This document shows positions 1 through 9,647 of a stretch of DNA of 64,000 bases, piece after piece (position 1 is the first letter of the stretch; each line of letters starts with the position of its first letter). This stretch comes from Candidatus Zixiibacteriota bacterium. GTDB taxonomy: Bacteria > Zixibacteria > MSB-5A5 > GN15 > JAAZOE01. Below the pieces are notes generated by a model that was not told the origin of the DNA, did no database searches, and saw nothing but the letters and a program-made list of their open reading frames with translations. Both the position numbers and the translations under genes were made by a program. The stretch is from positions 160,381-224,380 of the forward strand of contig JAGLON010000018.1 in NCBI GenBank assembly GCA_023138975.1, given 5' to 3'.

Positions 1-84
1 ATCAACTGTTTCCTGCGTCAATTCGGCGTGAATAGGAAGGACGAACATAACACTTATCAGAAGACTTAATATAATTTTTCTCAT
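1..84 (-). CDS. 5-prime end of a secreted-protein gene that runs off the left edge of the window
   Basis: ATG at 84 (minus strand), 13 nt after the stop of the 692-aa ORF. Translation MRKIILSLLISVMFVLPIHAELTQETVD looks like a signal peptide. Truncated, so absent from the ORF track. Confidence 0.4.
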   Translation of the reverse strand, partial: MRKIILSLLISVMFVLPIHAELTQETVD

Positions 85-97
85 AATCATTATCTCA

Positions 98-2176
98 CTA
101 TTTTTTAACGTCGGTCGAATCCGGTTTTGGCAAAGACTCATCTAATCCTGCGCCCCATTTGCCGGGGACATTCCAGAAGAGATTGTTCCCGCCGTTTCCC
201 TGATAGCGATCATCACCGTCCATATCAAGGAATATCCCAATAGAACCGTAATCACGCCTCGGATTGCCGTAACCTTGAGTATTGTGCTTGTCGTGCGTGT
301 AATAGCCGTCATCACCGGTGAGGTCGTTGAAAATCCCGATGCCGTTGGCCTGACCGGCTCCCTGTGCCAATCCCTGAGCCGTATAGATATCGTTGCCGCC
401 TTTGTCTAACAGCCACCCGCAGGAATAATCATGCCCGCATCCCTGACAAACGCCGTGCGAACGGTAAACATCGTCGCCGTCGCAATCCATCAGCATCCCC
501 AGTGTCATGTGAGCTCCGGCTCCCTGAGCGTACTGATAGGAGGAATAAAGATCATTGCCCGATTTATCGTAAATCATACCCAGCGACCACCAGTACGAAG
601 ATGCTTGAGCGAAAAAGTCGGCCAGGTAGGAATCATTGCCGCCGTAGTCACAGATGAATCCGAAACCGCCGGACATGTGAGGTCTCACACCAATTCCAAA
701 GCCCTGAGACAGCGATGTGTAATGATTGCCGACATGGAAGTACTCTTTATACTTCGGCTGAATGATATAGGAATCGTTGCCGTCGTAATCGATAATGCCG
801 CCGATTCCTTTCACGAAGCCGAATCCCTGACTCTGGAGATTAGCTGTATAGACATCTGAGCCTTCTTCGTCTATTAACAGGCCGTAGCCGAATGTTCCTG
901 CGCCTTGTACAAATGTATCGCCGAAGTATTTATCGTTACCTTTTTTATCCCAGAGAATGCCGACACCGAAGTATCCGGCACCGAGTCCAAAATTTTTGGC
1001 TTGATAGATATCATCGCCTTCGTAGTCGATTAGGAGTGAAAAGTCCAGTGCGCCACAGGCGAGGGCATAGTCGGTCGTGGCATTATAGAAATCATTGCCG
1101 GAGTAATCAACGATGATGCACGGGTGCGGATTGTTGATATCATAGGACAAGTTATAGATATCATCCCCGCCCGGATCAATGATTAGTAAATAGTCACCAT
1201 CGTAAACATCATTCCCTTCGGTGCCAATCGCTACTTTGAACTTACCTTTTTTCTCAAAGTCCTTAGTCTTTTTCGCGACTTTCTTTCGAAACCCTTTGTC
1301 AATTAACGGACGCAATTCAGCAAACAGACTATCCAGCTTTCTTATTTCATCTATAGGTATTCTTGCCGGTGTAATCTCTTTTCCATTTTCTGCAAATTTA
1401 ATGGCCCATGCTTCTTCTATATTCTGAATGGAATCGAGCTGCTCGTTCGTCCATTTACGGTAATCGGGATCATCAAGAATGAGCTCTGGAAAAGTATCTT
1501 TCACGAATACCATGAGCTTGGCTTTATCATTTTTTTTATCACTATAATTGTATCTGTATTGTAATCTTGAAGGCGCTCTCAAGTAAAACTTGTAACTTAT
1601 AAAATATGGAGAAGCATATATCTGATTAAATATGCTTCCAGCATCCCCTTTTATATCAATGGGACTTCCCCAACGCTCTTCCAGATAGACAATGGGAGAC
1701 CACAAGTTTGGCTCCGGTGATCTGTGTCCTCGGGCTCTTACTTTCACTGACTGTATGTAAGTTTCCGCCGACCAAAGACTACGGTCTTCTTTACTATCAG
1801 ACAGGTCCTCACCATCAGACAGGTCTCCACCATCAGACAGGTCTCCGAACAGATATTGCAGCAGTGATAAAGCAACTTCGGGCTTATCTCCAAACCCCCG
1901 CATCACATCGGCAAAGTTGTCCGTGAAGTCGGCCATCCGAATCGGTCGGGTCATCAGGCTGTCGACTATCTTCAGCCGATATGGGTCTTTGGCAGTATAG
2001 TCATCCCGGAATCTGAAATCATCCCGGGTCAAGAGCATATTATTCAGGATACGATCCATCCCGGCATCAAGCAGGCTGTCTCTATCTATTGTCGTTGTGT
2101 CGGTGGGAGTCTCCTGAGCGGCTGTGGGAGCGCACGCCAGAGCCATCAATACGAGGGTAATAATGATTTTCTTCAT
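98..2176 (-). CDS. secreted repeat protein; C-terminal half carries about 12 G-[ND]-D-x-Y / QG-G-G repeats (RTX/beta-roll-like); function unknown
   Basis: 692-aa ORF with signal peptide MKKIIITLVLMALACAPTAAQ. Recurring GNDVY, GDDIY, GNDFY, GNDKY, GSDVY, GNDSY, GNDLY, GDDVY, GNDIY, GDDGY, GDDRY motifs every 20-40 aa. Confidence 0.75.
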   Translation of the reverse strand: MKKIIITLVLMALACAPTAAQETPTDTTTIDRDSLLDAGMDRILNNMLLTRDDFRFRDDYTAKDPYRLKIVDSLMTRPIRMADFTDNFADVMRGFGDKPEVALSLLQYLFGDLSDGGDLSDGEDLSDSKEDRSLWSAETYIQSVKVRARGHRSPEPNLWSPIVYLEERWGSPIDIKGDAGSIFNQIYASPYFISYKFYLRAPSRLQYRYNYSDKKNDKAKLMVFVKDTFPELILDDPDYRKWTNEQLDSIQNIEEAWAIKFAENGKEITPARIPIDEIRKLDSLFAELRPLIDKGFRKKVAKKTKDFEKKGKFKVAIGTEGNDVYDGDYLLIIDPGGDDIYNLSYDINNPHPCIIVDYSGNDFYNATTDYALACGALDFSLLIDYEGDDIYQAKNFGLGAGYFGVGILWDKKGNDKYFGDTFVQGAGTFGYGLLIDEEGSDVYTANLQSQGFGFVKGIGGIIDYDGNDSYIIQPKYKEYFHVGNHYTSLSQGFGIGVRPHMSGGFGFICDYGGNDSYLADFFAQASSYWWSLGMIYDKSGNDLYSSYQYAQGAGAHMTLGMLMDCDGDDVYRSHGVCQGCGHDYSCGWLLDKGGNDIYTAQGLAQGAGQANGIGIFNDLTGDDGYYTHDKHNTQGYGNPRRDYGSIGIFLDMDGDDRYQGNGGNNLFWNVPGKWGAGLDESLPKPDSTDVKK
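1796..1849 (-). repeat. in-frame 18-bp tandem repeat (3 copies) inside the 692-aa gene
   Basis: atcagacaggtcYYcacc repeated at 1796, 1814 and 1832. Encodes GDLSDGGDLSDGEDLSDS. Confidence 0.85.
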
Positions 2177-2270
2177 ACCCTATTAAAGGGCCAAACCGCC
2201 TATGCTGTCAATCATAATAGATATCTGTTTTCTAGACCTGAATCTATATATACATTCATTCTTCTATTTG

Positions 2271-2299
2271 TTGGTAATCACGTCGAATTGTACTATAAT
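2271..2299 (+). promoter_or_regulatory. candidate sigma-70 promoter (TTGGTA-17 nt-TATAAT) for the 2331 gene
   Basis: ttggta at 2271-2276 and tataat at 2294-2299 with a 17-nt spacer, 32 nt upstream of the ATG. Confidence 0.35.
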
Positions 2300-2330
2300 T
2301 AAATAGTTGTTTTTTCTAGGAGGAAAGAGA

Positions 2331-2906
2331 ATGGACTCAACGACAATATTTCTTGATACCATCAAAGTCGCAATAGCAAACTCAACTTCAAATAGCCTTT
2401 ATGAATTTTTGCTCAAAATCGGACCTATCATAGTTTCATTGATAGCAGTGCTTATTTCATTGTATATGGCTCGCATTACAGCCCAAAAGAATAAGGACGC
2501 AAATTCTCTTATAGAAAAGCAGATTGAAGTTGGTGTAGAGAATACTCGTAAACAAATAATTCTGTCTTATCGTCAGCAGAAAGTAAATGAATTGAAGGAT
2601 TGTTCAGTCAAATTGATTACTGCATGCAAGTCCATATGGTTTAATCCTGAACCAATAACTGAAACTATGCTGATGGACAACATTAATTCGCAACGAGCTT
2701 TGAATGAATATAGTACTAAGATTGACCTGATATTGGATATTGGCAATAAAGATGATTTGGAGCTTAGACTAAAAATGTCAGACCTATGTATAAGTATTCT
2801 TAAAAATAAGGATTCTGATTGTCCAGATTTTGACAGCTTGGCTAATAGTCTGAATCTTAAAATCAAGAATGAAGAACAACAATTAGAAAAGTGGAACGAG
2901 ATTTAA
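2331..2906 (+). CDS. hypothetical single-pass membrane protein (AT-rich orphan)
   Basis: ATG at 2331 is preceded by AGGAGG (2319-2324). The ORF-track start at 2307 lacks an RBS. One hydrophobic helix (IGPIIVSLIAVLISLYMA). I recognise no family motif. Confidence 0.55.
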   Translation: MDSTTIFLDTIKVAIANSTSNSLYEFLLKIGPIIVSLIAVLISLYMARITAQKNKDANSLIEKQIEVGVENTRKQIILSYRQQKVNELKDCSVKLITACKSIWFNPEPITETMLMDNINSQRALNEYSTKIDLILDIGNKDDLELRLKMSDLCISILKNKDSDCPDFDSLANSLNLKIKNEEQQLEKWNEI

Positions 2907-2962
2907 TCAGGATATTTCTATAAATCGGCCTTTCACAAAGTGGCGAAAGTAAAATCTATCTA

Positions 2963-3745
2963 TCACATCCTCTTGGGCCTGACAACAAATACCCACGCAG
3001 GAAGGATGGGAAAAATAATCTTGCGGAACAGCCAGCGAGGCATCCTTGACAGAAATGAACCGGGTTGAATCACATCATCGGCGGTATACTTTTTCGGGTC
3101 GTCAATCAGCTTTTCTGTATAATCTATCATCTCGAAGTTTTTTAACAGCTTCCGCAAATTCCTCAACGACAGTAAAAAGACATCGTATTTGACTTTTCGA
3201 CCCATCAGCTTCAAATATAAATGCGACGCCCATAAAGGCATCCATGATAAAAATGGCAAAAAATAATGACCTTCTATAAGTACAAACCGGTTACCGGCCC
3301 CAAAATAACAGAACCCGTTCGGAGACAGCAAACGTTCAATTTCAAATGCCAATCCGTGCTGATCTTCGACATGCTCATAGACTTGATTGCAGATAATGAC
3401 ATCGACTGAGCCGTCAACTAATCCAGACTTGGTACCGTCTGAGCAAACGTAATCAATATTGGATGCACTCGTTTGTTTCTTACCCGATTTCAATCCGACA
3501 TCATCGACATCAAGCGCAATCACCCGTTTGAAATGCCCGGCGAAATATTCGGTCATAATAGAAGTTGAAGCTCCCAAGTCCAGTGCGACTAATTGGTCAA
3601 GCGGTTTATCGGCAAAGTCACGGCACACAGCAATAACTTTTTCCGCCTTCTTATTGCGTTGGTCCTCGTTGTACAGGACAGGGAATCGTTCGGAGAAGGT
3701 CCCCTCTTTTTCATAGTCATATTTTGGTTCAGTAGCTACGCTCAT
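2963..3745 (-). CDS. class I SAM-dependent methyltransferase
   Basis: Motif I-like VALDLGASTS and the later DVIICNQVYEHV. 4-nt overlap with the upstream gene, so operon member. Confidence 0.8.
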   Translation of the reverse strand: MSVATEPKYDYEKEGTFSERFPVLYNEDQRNKKAEKVIAVCRDFADKPLDQLVALDLGASTSIMTEYFAGHFKRVIALDVDDVGLKSGKKQTSASNIDYVCSDGTKSGLVDGSVDVIICNQVYEHVEDQHGLAFEIERLLSPNGFCYFGAGNRFVLIEGHYFLPFLSWMPLWASHLYLKLMGRKVKYDVFLLSLRNLRKLLKNFEMIDYTEKLIDDPKKYTADDVIQPGSFLSRMPRWLFRKIIFPILPAWVFVVRPKRM

Positions 3746-4422
3746 TTGATTTTTAACCTGTAAATTTGTGATAATGAAAATAGTCCCGGAATCAGCCGGG
3801 CTATAAACCTGCCAACAGCCTGCAATGCCTTTAATTTGGGCGGTACGACCGAGACCGAAATCGTTTTATCAATAGTCAGCCCGCATTTATCAAACAGCTC
3901 CCTCGCCCGTCCTGGAGAAAACAGTCTGATATGCGACTCCTCAAAATGTCCCAGATGGCTCTTGCCCAGTAACAGTTTTAATCTTGATAGAATATGAAAC
4001 TCATTCGGTACTGAGATTATCAGATAACCACCCGGATTAAGAGCTTTTCTCATCTTGGCTATAACCGCTTCCGGATCGAATATCTGCTGGAGAACCTCAA
4101 GGCACATCAGAACATCATACTTACCCGGAATCGGGTCAGTTTCAAGATCACATAAAAAAGCATCGAATCCAGATTGAGAGAGTTCTCTGATTGTATCTGA
4201 CGAAATATCACAACCGTTGACATTAAACCCTGACTGAAACAATTGCCGCATAACAGTTCCGCGTCCGCATCCGACATCGATAATCTTTTTGTTTTTATCT
4301 GGTTCAAAAAGCGTTTGTATAATATCGGCTCTTTGAATCGAACGCAGATCGGCGCTTGAGATATCCCGGGTTTTCCAGTATTGATTAAAATACTGTTTTT
4401 TCTCATCGGTTCCATTTAACAT
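3742..4422 (-). CDS. class I SAM-dependent methyltransferase
   Basis: IIDVGCGRGTV (GxGxG motif) and YDVLMCLEVLQQI. Overlaps both neighbours. Confidence 0.8.
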   Translation of the reverse strand: MLNGTDEKKQYFNQYWKTRDISSADLRSIQRADIIQTLFEPDKNKKIIDVGCGRGTVMRQLFQSGFNVNGCDISSDTIRELSQSGFDAFLCDLETDPIPGKYDVLMCLEVLQQIFDPEAVIAKMRKALNPGGYLIISVPNEFHILSRLKLLLGKSHLGHFEESHIRLFSPGRARELFDKCGLTIDKTISVSVVPPKLKALQAVGRFIARLIPGLFSLSQIYRLKIK

Positions 4423-5570
4423 GCGACAGATTCCCGGCGCACACTATCTTTTGACAGATAGGAGATCAGCCAATCGGCGAATGAGTCGGCGGCGCGGTCA
4501 ATATTTAGTTCATTAACACATTCATCAAATCTTTGTTTTACGGGAGTACCATTTGTGATAAATAACCGTAATGCTTCAGCAAGCTTTTCAGGAGACTGGG
4601 CAGGCACGACCGTACCGACCTGATATTTCTCAATGAAATACCGCAAATCCCCAACATCGGTGGCAATCACCGGGTGATTCAACTGCATCGCTTCACCAAA
4701 GGTCAACGGCAGTGAATCGGCATGAGTCGGAATCACAACTGCCGATGATTTTACAATGGCTCGGTACATATTTTCACGAGGCACAAATCCCAATGATTTC
4801 ACCCGGTTTGATAATCCATATTTCTCGATACGATTTTCAAGTTCGCTTCGGGCAGAACCGTCACCGATAAAATACAATTGCCATTCGGGAAATTCTGATG
4901 AAACAATTTTAAATGCCTCAAGCAAATCATATACGCCTTTGGCTTCTTCAACCCGTCCCGGACAGACAATCAGTTTTTCTCTTTTCTCATGTTTTGAAGG
5001 AGGATAATTCACTTTACGCATCGATGGAAGAAAAAAGGACTCTTTTCCACACAGCTCAGACGCTCTTTCTCCGAGTTCATAACCGTCGCTATAAATTCGC
5101 TCAGCCTGCTTTAGGACACTGATAATTTGTCCTCGGATGACAGGTATTTTTGGATAAGTATGAATATCTGAACCAAGGCACCAGACGGCATAGTCGAGAT
5201 CATACTTCTTTTTTAGATTGCGGGCGAATATCCCCGACGGAGCCGCCCACAACGCCAAACAAAAATCGAATTTATTAGTTTGATGCAGCTGCTGGGCAGT
5301 GTTGTTTCCACGATATAAATAATTCGCTATTTTCAGCCAGCTTAAAGGCGAATACTTTGATAGCGAACCGATGGTCTGGTTTTCTTCACCCCATTTAAAC
5401 CGAACAATGTTCTCCGTATTATCATACTTCTCAGAAAAATGATACGGCGTTAATACAGTCGTTTCGATATCATGACGGTTGAGGCCCTTGACGAAGTCTG
5501 ACACAAACGGCGAGGCAGCGTCATCAGCGTGAGCCGGATATCGATTGGATATAAGCAGCAGTTTAATCAA
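4416..5570 (-). CDS. GT4-family (GT-B) glycosyltransferase
   Basis: C-terminal PTHADSLPLTFGEAMQLNHPVIATDVGD (E-x7-E type motif). The ORF-track N-terminus overlaps the GT2 gene. Likely TTG start at 5570 (LIKLLLISNRYP) overlapping the GT2 stop; the start is uncertain. Confidence 0.75.
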   Translation of the reverse strand: MIKLLLISNRYPAHADDAASPFVSDFVKGLNRHDIETTVLTPYHFSEKYDNTENIVRFKWGEENQTIGSLSKYSPLSWLKIANYLYRGNNTAQQLHQTNKFDFCLALWAAPSGIFARNLKKKYDLDYAVWCLGSDIHTYPKIPVIRGQIISVLKQAERIYSDGYELGERASELCGKESFFLPSMRKVNYPPSKHEKREKLIVCPGRVEEAKGVYDLLEAFKIVSSEFPEWQLYFIGDGSARSELENRIEKYGLSNRVKSLGFVPRENMYRAIVKSSAVVIPTHADSLPLTFGEAMQLNHPVIATDVGDLRYFIEKYQVGTVVPAQSPEKLAEALRLFITNGTPVKQRFDECVNELNIDRAADSFADWLISYLSKDSVRRESVAC

Positions 5571-6618
5571 CGACCGAAACCCTTTCGGTTTTATTAATTT
5601 TGTAATCTGTAGTTTTCTTCGCCTCACTGAGCTGATTGACCTGCTGAATGATTTCTCCCTGCCGCCTTTGAACCCGGAATATCTCACGCCGTAGGCTGAC
5701 CAACAACGACCCTAAAAATCCAAACAAGAGCACCTGCATTCCAGCCAGTAGAACAATAACCATCAGGGTCATCAGGGGTCGATTTGGATTGAGCGTTCCG
5801 GCCTGCCAGAGATACACGATATAACTTCCGGCTGCCAATCCGGCCACAACTAACAATGACCCGACGACTCCAAACAAGATTGAAGGTTTTTCAAAAAACG
5901 AAAATAGTATATGAGATATCGCGGTCGCTTTGAATCGGAATTTAGATTTGCCTTTCTTTCGGGATGTAAGCACCGCAGGAAATTCGATGATCCGGAATCC
6001 GGCCGCAATGCCTTTGGATATGATTTCAAGATGAATCTCTTTACCGTCGGCTTCAAGATCGAGTGCCTGAATCTCCGAGGCTTTGTAGCCTCGTAAAATC
6101 CCCGTAACAGTATGGATATTGCCCGGCATAATACGCGAAAGGATTATATTGCCAAGTTTTGAGATAAACAAGCGATTGGCCGGGACATTCTCGGTCCCGC
6201 CGCCTTCCATATAGGGCGAGCCGATAACCATATCGGGAGCTTCCGGGGCGCTTAACAATTGGTACATGGCAGGCAAATAGGCTTCGTCATATGATAAATC
6301 AGCATCGCAGGTCATTATATATTTGCCCCGGGCATGAGAAATACCGGTACGCAGAGCTCGTCCTCGCCCTGAATTAACGGGATACCCGACCGGACGCAAG
6401 CAATCGTCATCTTGAGCCATTTCTGTCAGCTTAATGAGAGTGTCGTCGCTCGAACCGTCATCGACCGGAATTATTTCAAAACTTTGACCGGTCAGCTTCA
6501 ACGCGCTTTTTATCCGCTCAATATTGCCGGGAAGATTCGCGGCCTCATTGAACATTGGCACGACAACTGATATTGTAACTTCATTATTATACATATTAGC
6601 TAAGCTTTCTCGCTTCAA
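5563..6618 (-). CDS. GT2 polyprenyl-phosphate sugar synthase-like glycosyltransferase (DPM1/ArnC/GtrB-like) with C-terminal TM helices
   Basis: ISVVVPMFNEAANL, PVDDGSSDDT, CDADLSYD (DxD), then two C-terminal hydrophobic helices. Confidence 0.85.
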   Translation of the reverse strand: MKRESLANMYNNEVTISVVVPMFNEAANLPGNIERIKSALKLTGQSFEIIPVDDGSSDDTLIKLTEMAQDDDCLRPVGYPVNSGRGRALRTGISHARGKYIMTCDADLSYDEAYLPAMYQLLSAPEAPDMVIGSPYMEGGGTENVPANRLFISKLGNIILSRIMPGNIHTVTGILRGYKASEIQALDLEADGKEIHLEIISKGIAAGFRIIEFPAVLTSRKKGKSKFRFKATAISHILFSFFEKPSILFGVVGSLLVVAGLAAGSYIVYLWQAGTLNPNRPLMTLMVIVLLAGMQVLLFGFLGSLLVSLRREIFRVQRRQGEIIQQVNQLSEAKKTTDYKINKTERVSVVD

Positions 6619-8485
6619 TGCTATTCAAAATCTTTTCTGCTTCGGGACAGCCATCACCAGTCACAACCGCCTGCTTCAATAACTCAACAGCATCCTGGCT
6701 TCTTCCGGCATTCAAAAACGCAATCCCAAGTCTTAACAGGTATTCGGGATTTTCGGCATCGGTCTCAATAGCGTATTGAAAGAATTCCAAAGCGTCTTTA
6801 GATTGACCTATTTTATCGAAATAGACTCCGTAATTGAAAGCGTTGCGGGCCGTGAATTCGATAGTTAATAAGTCGGTAGCGTTTCCGGCAATTAACTTAA
6901 GGATTCGAGATGTTCCGCCGGACGGTAGAGGGTTAACTATCTTCTCCGCTGAATACCGGAATAAGAAGCCATCTGGACTCAGGTTATCAGTTACAACTCC
7001 CGGCGTCCCAAACTGTACTTGAATCGGCCGGGCGTCATAATTCAACGAGCAAATTTGGGCGACGAGATTATCCAGATTGTTAATTTTGTACTCGTCGATA
7101 CCCTCCGGGAAATGCAGTTCGGGATATAATTGCTGAACCTGATTTCTATAGGCGGGCCGATACAAGGCTCCCGCTGAAATAACGGCAACATCCGGCCTCC
7201 TGTGGGCGGCAAAACAATGATACCAGAGCGGCAGTGCAACATCATCTTCATTGACAATCAGGAGCGCGTCTTTAGGCGCGAATTGGAAAACAGCTTCGGC
7301 TAAAATATCCGGTCCCTCGGTGTCTGTCAGGTCGGCATCATAGAGATTTCCATAAAATTCAAAGAATGCCATTAGGATAAAAATCATTGGAAGAAATTTA
7401 ACCGCGGTTTTTCCTTGGTACTTTTCAACGAGGGTGTATAGGCCGGTAAAAGATAGCATGATTGTGAGAATAAGCGGCAATCCGGCATAAGCGACGATAT
7501 CGAAATTGACCGTCCTAAAATCAGCCGCCCAGATAGTTATTAAAAATCCCAGGCTTGCCATAAGACCAAAACAGGCAGCGAGCAAACGCTTTTTCTTAAT
7601 TGTCGCGGCGATGGCTAAAATGAGTCCGATAATAATAAAGCCGCCGGTTTGATAAAAAAGAAACTGCATCAATTTTGTCGCTCGCGCCAAATAGTCGGCT
7701 GGCGGCACCGCACCCTCCGGTAGAAAATCCTCGCCGCTGCGGGTAATCGCGTTATAGGCCGTCTCCATCGTCTTGGGCTGGCCGGAATTAATAGCAGGAT
7801 CTTGATTTGACCGAATTGGCAAATACAGATACACAGAGATTGAAATGGCAAATAGTATTACCGCAACAGCCGCAATACGCATAAAGCTCTGAACTGGCGT
7901 TTGCCGATATGTCATCCAGATTAAAATCGGAATTACCGGTAAAGTGATAATTGCCAAAAGCGAATGATTGGTAAAAGATAATCCTTGAAAGAAAATAGTC
8001 AGAAATATAAACATCTGCCAGTTCCGATTGTCTCTATCCAATAAAGCTCGTGTAAAGAAATACAGGGTCAACAGGGCTAGGAGAATTTGAAGTGCATAGA
8101 CTTCGGCCCGCACGGAAGATTGCCAGACCGGTAGACTCATAAACGCAAAAAAGGTTCCACAGACGGCAGTAATACCAATGTACTTCTTTAACTTGCTCAG
8201 GCGGGTCAGAAGTAATCTTAATATCAGAAAAAAGACAACTCCCCCGGCCGCCGATGAAACTGCTGAATAGACATTGCTTGCTTGAGCGGGATTATCGAAG
8301 AAGAGATGAAACACCCGACCTAAAATCGTATATAACGGAAAACTCGGAGAATGCGGTAATCCGAGGATTTCATTGCAGGTCGCAAACGCGGCCGAATCCA
8401 CCCAAAAATTCCCGGGCGCAAGCGTCCACAAATATACCATTAACAGACTTATGAAGATCGATACGGGCGCTGTAATTTGTTTCAT
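6596..8485 (-). CDS. DUF2723-type GT-C membrane glycosyltransferase with C-terminal TPR repeats
   Basis: 629 aa and multi-pass. N-terminal FWVDSAAFATCNEILGLPHSPSFPLYTILGRVF signature. C-terminal TPR-like NAFNYGVYFDKIGQSKDALEFFQYAIE... Confidence 0.8.
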   Translation of the reverse strand: MKQITAPVSIFISLLMVYLWTLAPGNFWVDSAAFATCNEILGLPHSPSFPLYTILGRVFHLFFDNPAQASNVYSAVSSAAGGVVFFLILRLLLTRLSKLKKYIGITAVCGTFFAFMSLPVWQSSVRAEVYALQILLALLTLYFFTRALLDRDNRNWQMFIFLTIFFQGLSFTNHSLLAIITLPVIPILIWMTYRQTPVQSFMRIAAVAVILFAISISVYLYLPIRSNQDPAINSGQPKTMETAYNAITRSGEDFLPEGAVPPADYLARATKLMQFLFYQTGGFIIIGLILAIAATIKKKRLLAACFGLMASLGFLITIWAADFRTVNFDIVAYAGLPLILTIMLSFTGLYTLVEKYQGKTAVKFLPMIFILMAFFEFYGNLYDADLTDTEGPDILAEAVFQFAPKDALLIVNEDDVALPLWYHCFAAHRRPDVAVISAGALYRPAYRNQVQQLYPELHFPEGIDEYKINNLDNLVAQICSLNYDARPIQVQFGTPGVVTDNLSPDGFLFRYSAEKIVNPLPSGGTSRILKLIAGNATDLLTIEFTARNAFNYGVYFDKIGQSKDALEFFQYAIETDAENPEYLLRLGIAFLNAGRSQDAVELLKQAVVTGDGCPEAEKILNSIEARKLS

Positions 8486-8582
8486 ATTAGTTAGTTCGGT
8501 ACATACTGAGAATCATTGACCTAAAAAAAGACGACACCAATCAGCATCGCCTTTTCAAATTTCTTATAACTAGATATTTCAA

Positions 8583-9014
8583 CTAAAACTCGGAATCATT
8601 ACTGGTGCAGATTATCAGTCCCTCTTCATCACATGTCCAGGTATCAAGTACGGCATCATCATCCAGAATACTGCTTGTTGCCGTTATTAGCAAATCGCTT
8701 ACGTCTGCCGTTGTAATCGTATAGGTATATATAGCTGTTGGCATTATCTCAACGGCAATTGGGTTGAAGGCATTTTGAGCCGCCGCTGAAGCCGAGACAC
8801 CAGCTCCCCAATAAGTAGTATGATCTTGGCGATACGTTCGTTCCATTGAGTAGATCTGTTTTAGAATCTGTTTGGCTTCGGACTGCTTGGACTTAGTCGA
8901 TGCTCTCATGAACCTGGGTATTGCGAGTGAGGCAAGAATACCGATAATAACTACGACAATCATTAACTCAATCAATGTAAATCCGCGTTGACGTTTCTGA
9001 ATTATAGTAAACAT
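8583..9014 (-). CDS. type IV pilin / pseudopilin (prepilin N-terminal methylation domain), paralogue 2
   Basis: MFTIIQKRQRGFTLIELMIVVVIIGILA class III signal. ATG at 9014 is preceded by AGGAGG (9021-9026); the ORF-track start at 9038 is rejected. C-terminal Cys pair TWTCDEEGLIIC. Confidence 0.85.
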   Translation of the reverse strand: MFTIIQKRQRGFTLIELMIVVVIIGILASLAIPRFMRASTKSKQSEAKQILKQIYSMERTYRQDHTTYWGAGVSASAAAQNAFNPIAVEIMPTAIYTYTITTADVSDLLITATSSILDDDAVLDTWTCDEEGLIICTSNDSEF

Positions 9015-9084
9015 CGGTAACCTCCTAAACCGCTTCACTAATCGCCTCGTCTTTAAAACCGCTTCATTCTGGTCATTTCTACCT

Positions 9085-9120
9085 AAAAGAATAAAAAGGG
9101 CGGAAGTATTCTTCCGCCCT
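9085..9120 (-). terminator. rho-independent terminator after pilin paralogue 1
   Basis: agggcggaag-tatt-cttccgccct (10-bp stem, 9097-9120) followed on the minus strand by TTTTTATTCTTTT. Confidence 0.8.
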
Positions 9121-9141
9121 AAAGGTGCTTAAATAATCTAG

Positions 9142-9573
9142 TTAGTTGACGACATCATCACTGGTGACCTGTAGCAGGCCCGCCTCGTCAATGGTCCAGG
9201 TATCAATCGTTGCATCATCATCAAGTACACTGCAAGTTGCTGTCACCAAGAGATCGGTTGCGTCCGCGGTTGTAACTGTGTAGGAATATATCGCCGTCGG
9301 CATAACTTCTACACCAATTGTATTAAGTGTGTTTGGAGCCGCGGCAGAAGCTGTAACACCAGCACCCCAATAAGTGTTATGATCCTGACGATAAGTACGT
9401 TCCATTGTGTAGATCTGCTTCAGAATCTGCTTGGCTTCCGACTGTTTTGACTTAGTCGATGCTCTCATGAAACGGGGAATCGCTAAAGCGGCAAGAATAC
9501 CAATGATGACAACCACGATCATGAGCTCGATAAGTGTGAAACCTCTCTGACGGTTATGGAATTTTGAGAACAT
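9142..9573 (-). CDS. type IV pilin (prepilin N-terminal methylation domain), paralogue 1, probable major pilin
   Basis: MFSKFHNRQRGFTLIELMIVVVIIGILA. RBS GGAGG at 9582-9586. Has its own sigma-54 promoter and its own terminator. Confidence 0.9.
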   Translation of the reverse strand: MFSKFHNRQRGFTLIELMIVVVIIGILAALAIPRFMRASTKSKQSEAKQILKQIYTMERTYRQDHNTYWGAGVTASAAAPNTLNTIGVEVMPTAIYSYTVTTADATDLLVTATCSVLDDDATIDTWTIDEAGLLQVTSDDVVN

Positions 9574-9631
9574 TGAAAACCTCCTTAAAAACGTTAACGT
9601 TTACCAATTATTTTTTCATTACCCAACCTTT

Positions 9632-9647
9632 TGCAAAGTCTGTGCCA
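9632..9647 (-). promoter_or_regulatory. sigma-54 (-24/-12) promoter of the pilin gene
   Basis: Minus strand reads TGGCAC-agact-TTGCA, an exact match to TGGCAC-N5-TTGCW with correct GG/GC spacing, about 60 nt upstream of the ATG at 9573. Confidence 0.75.
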
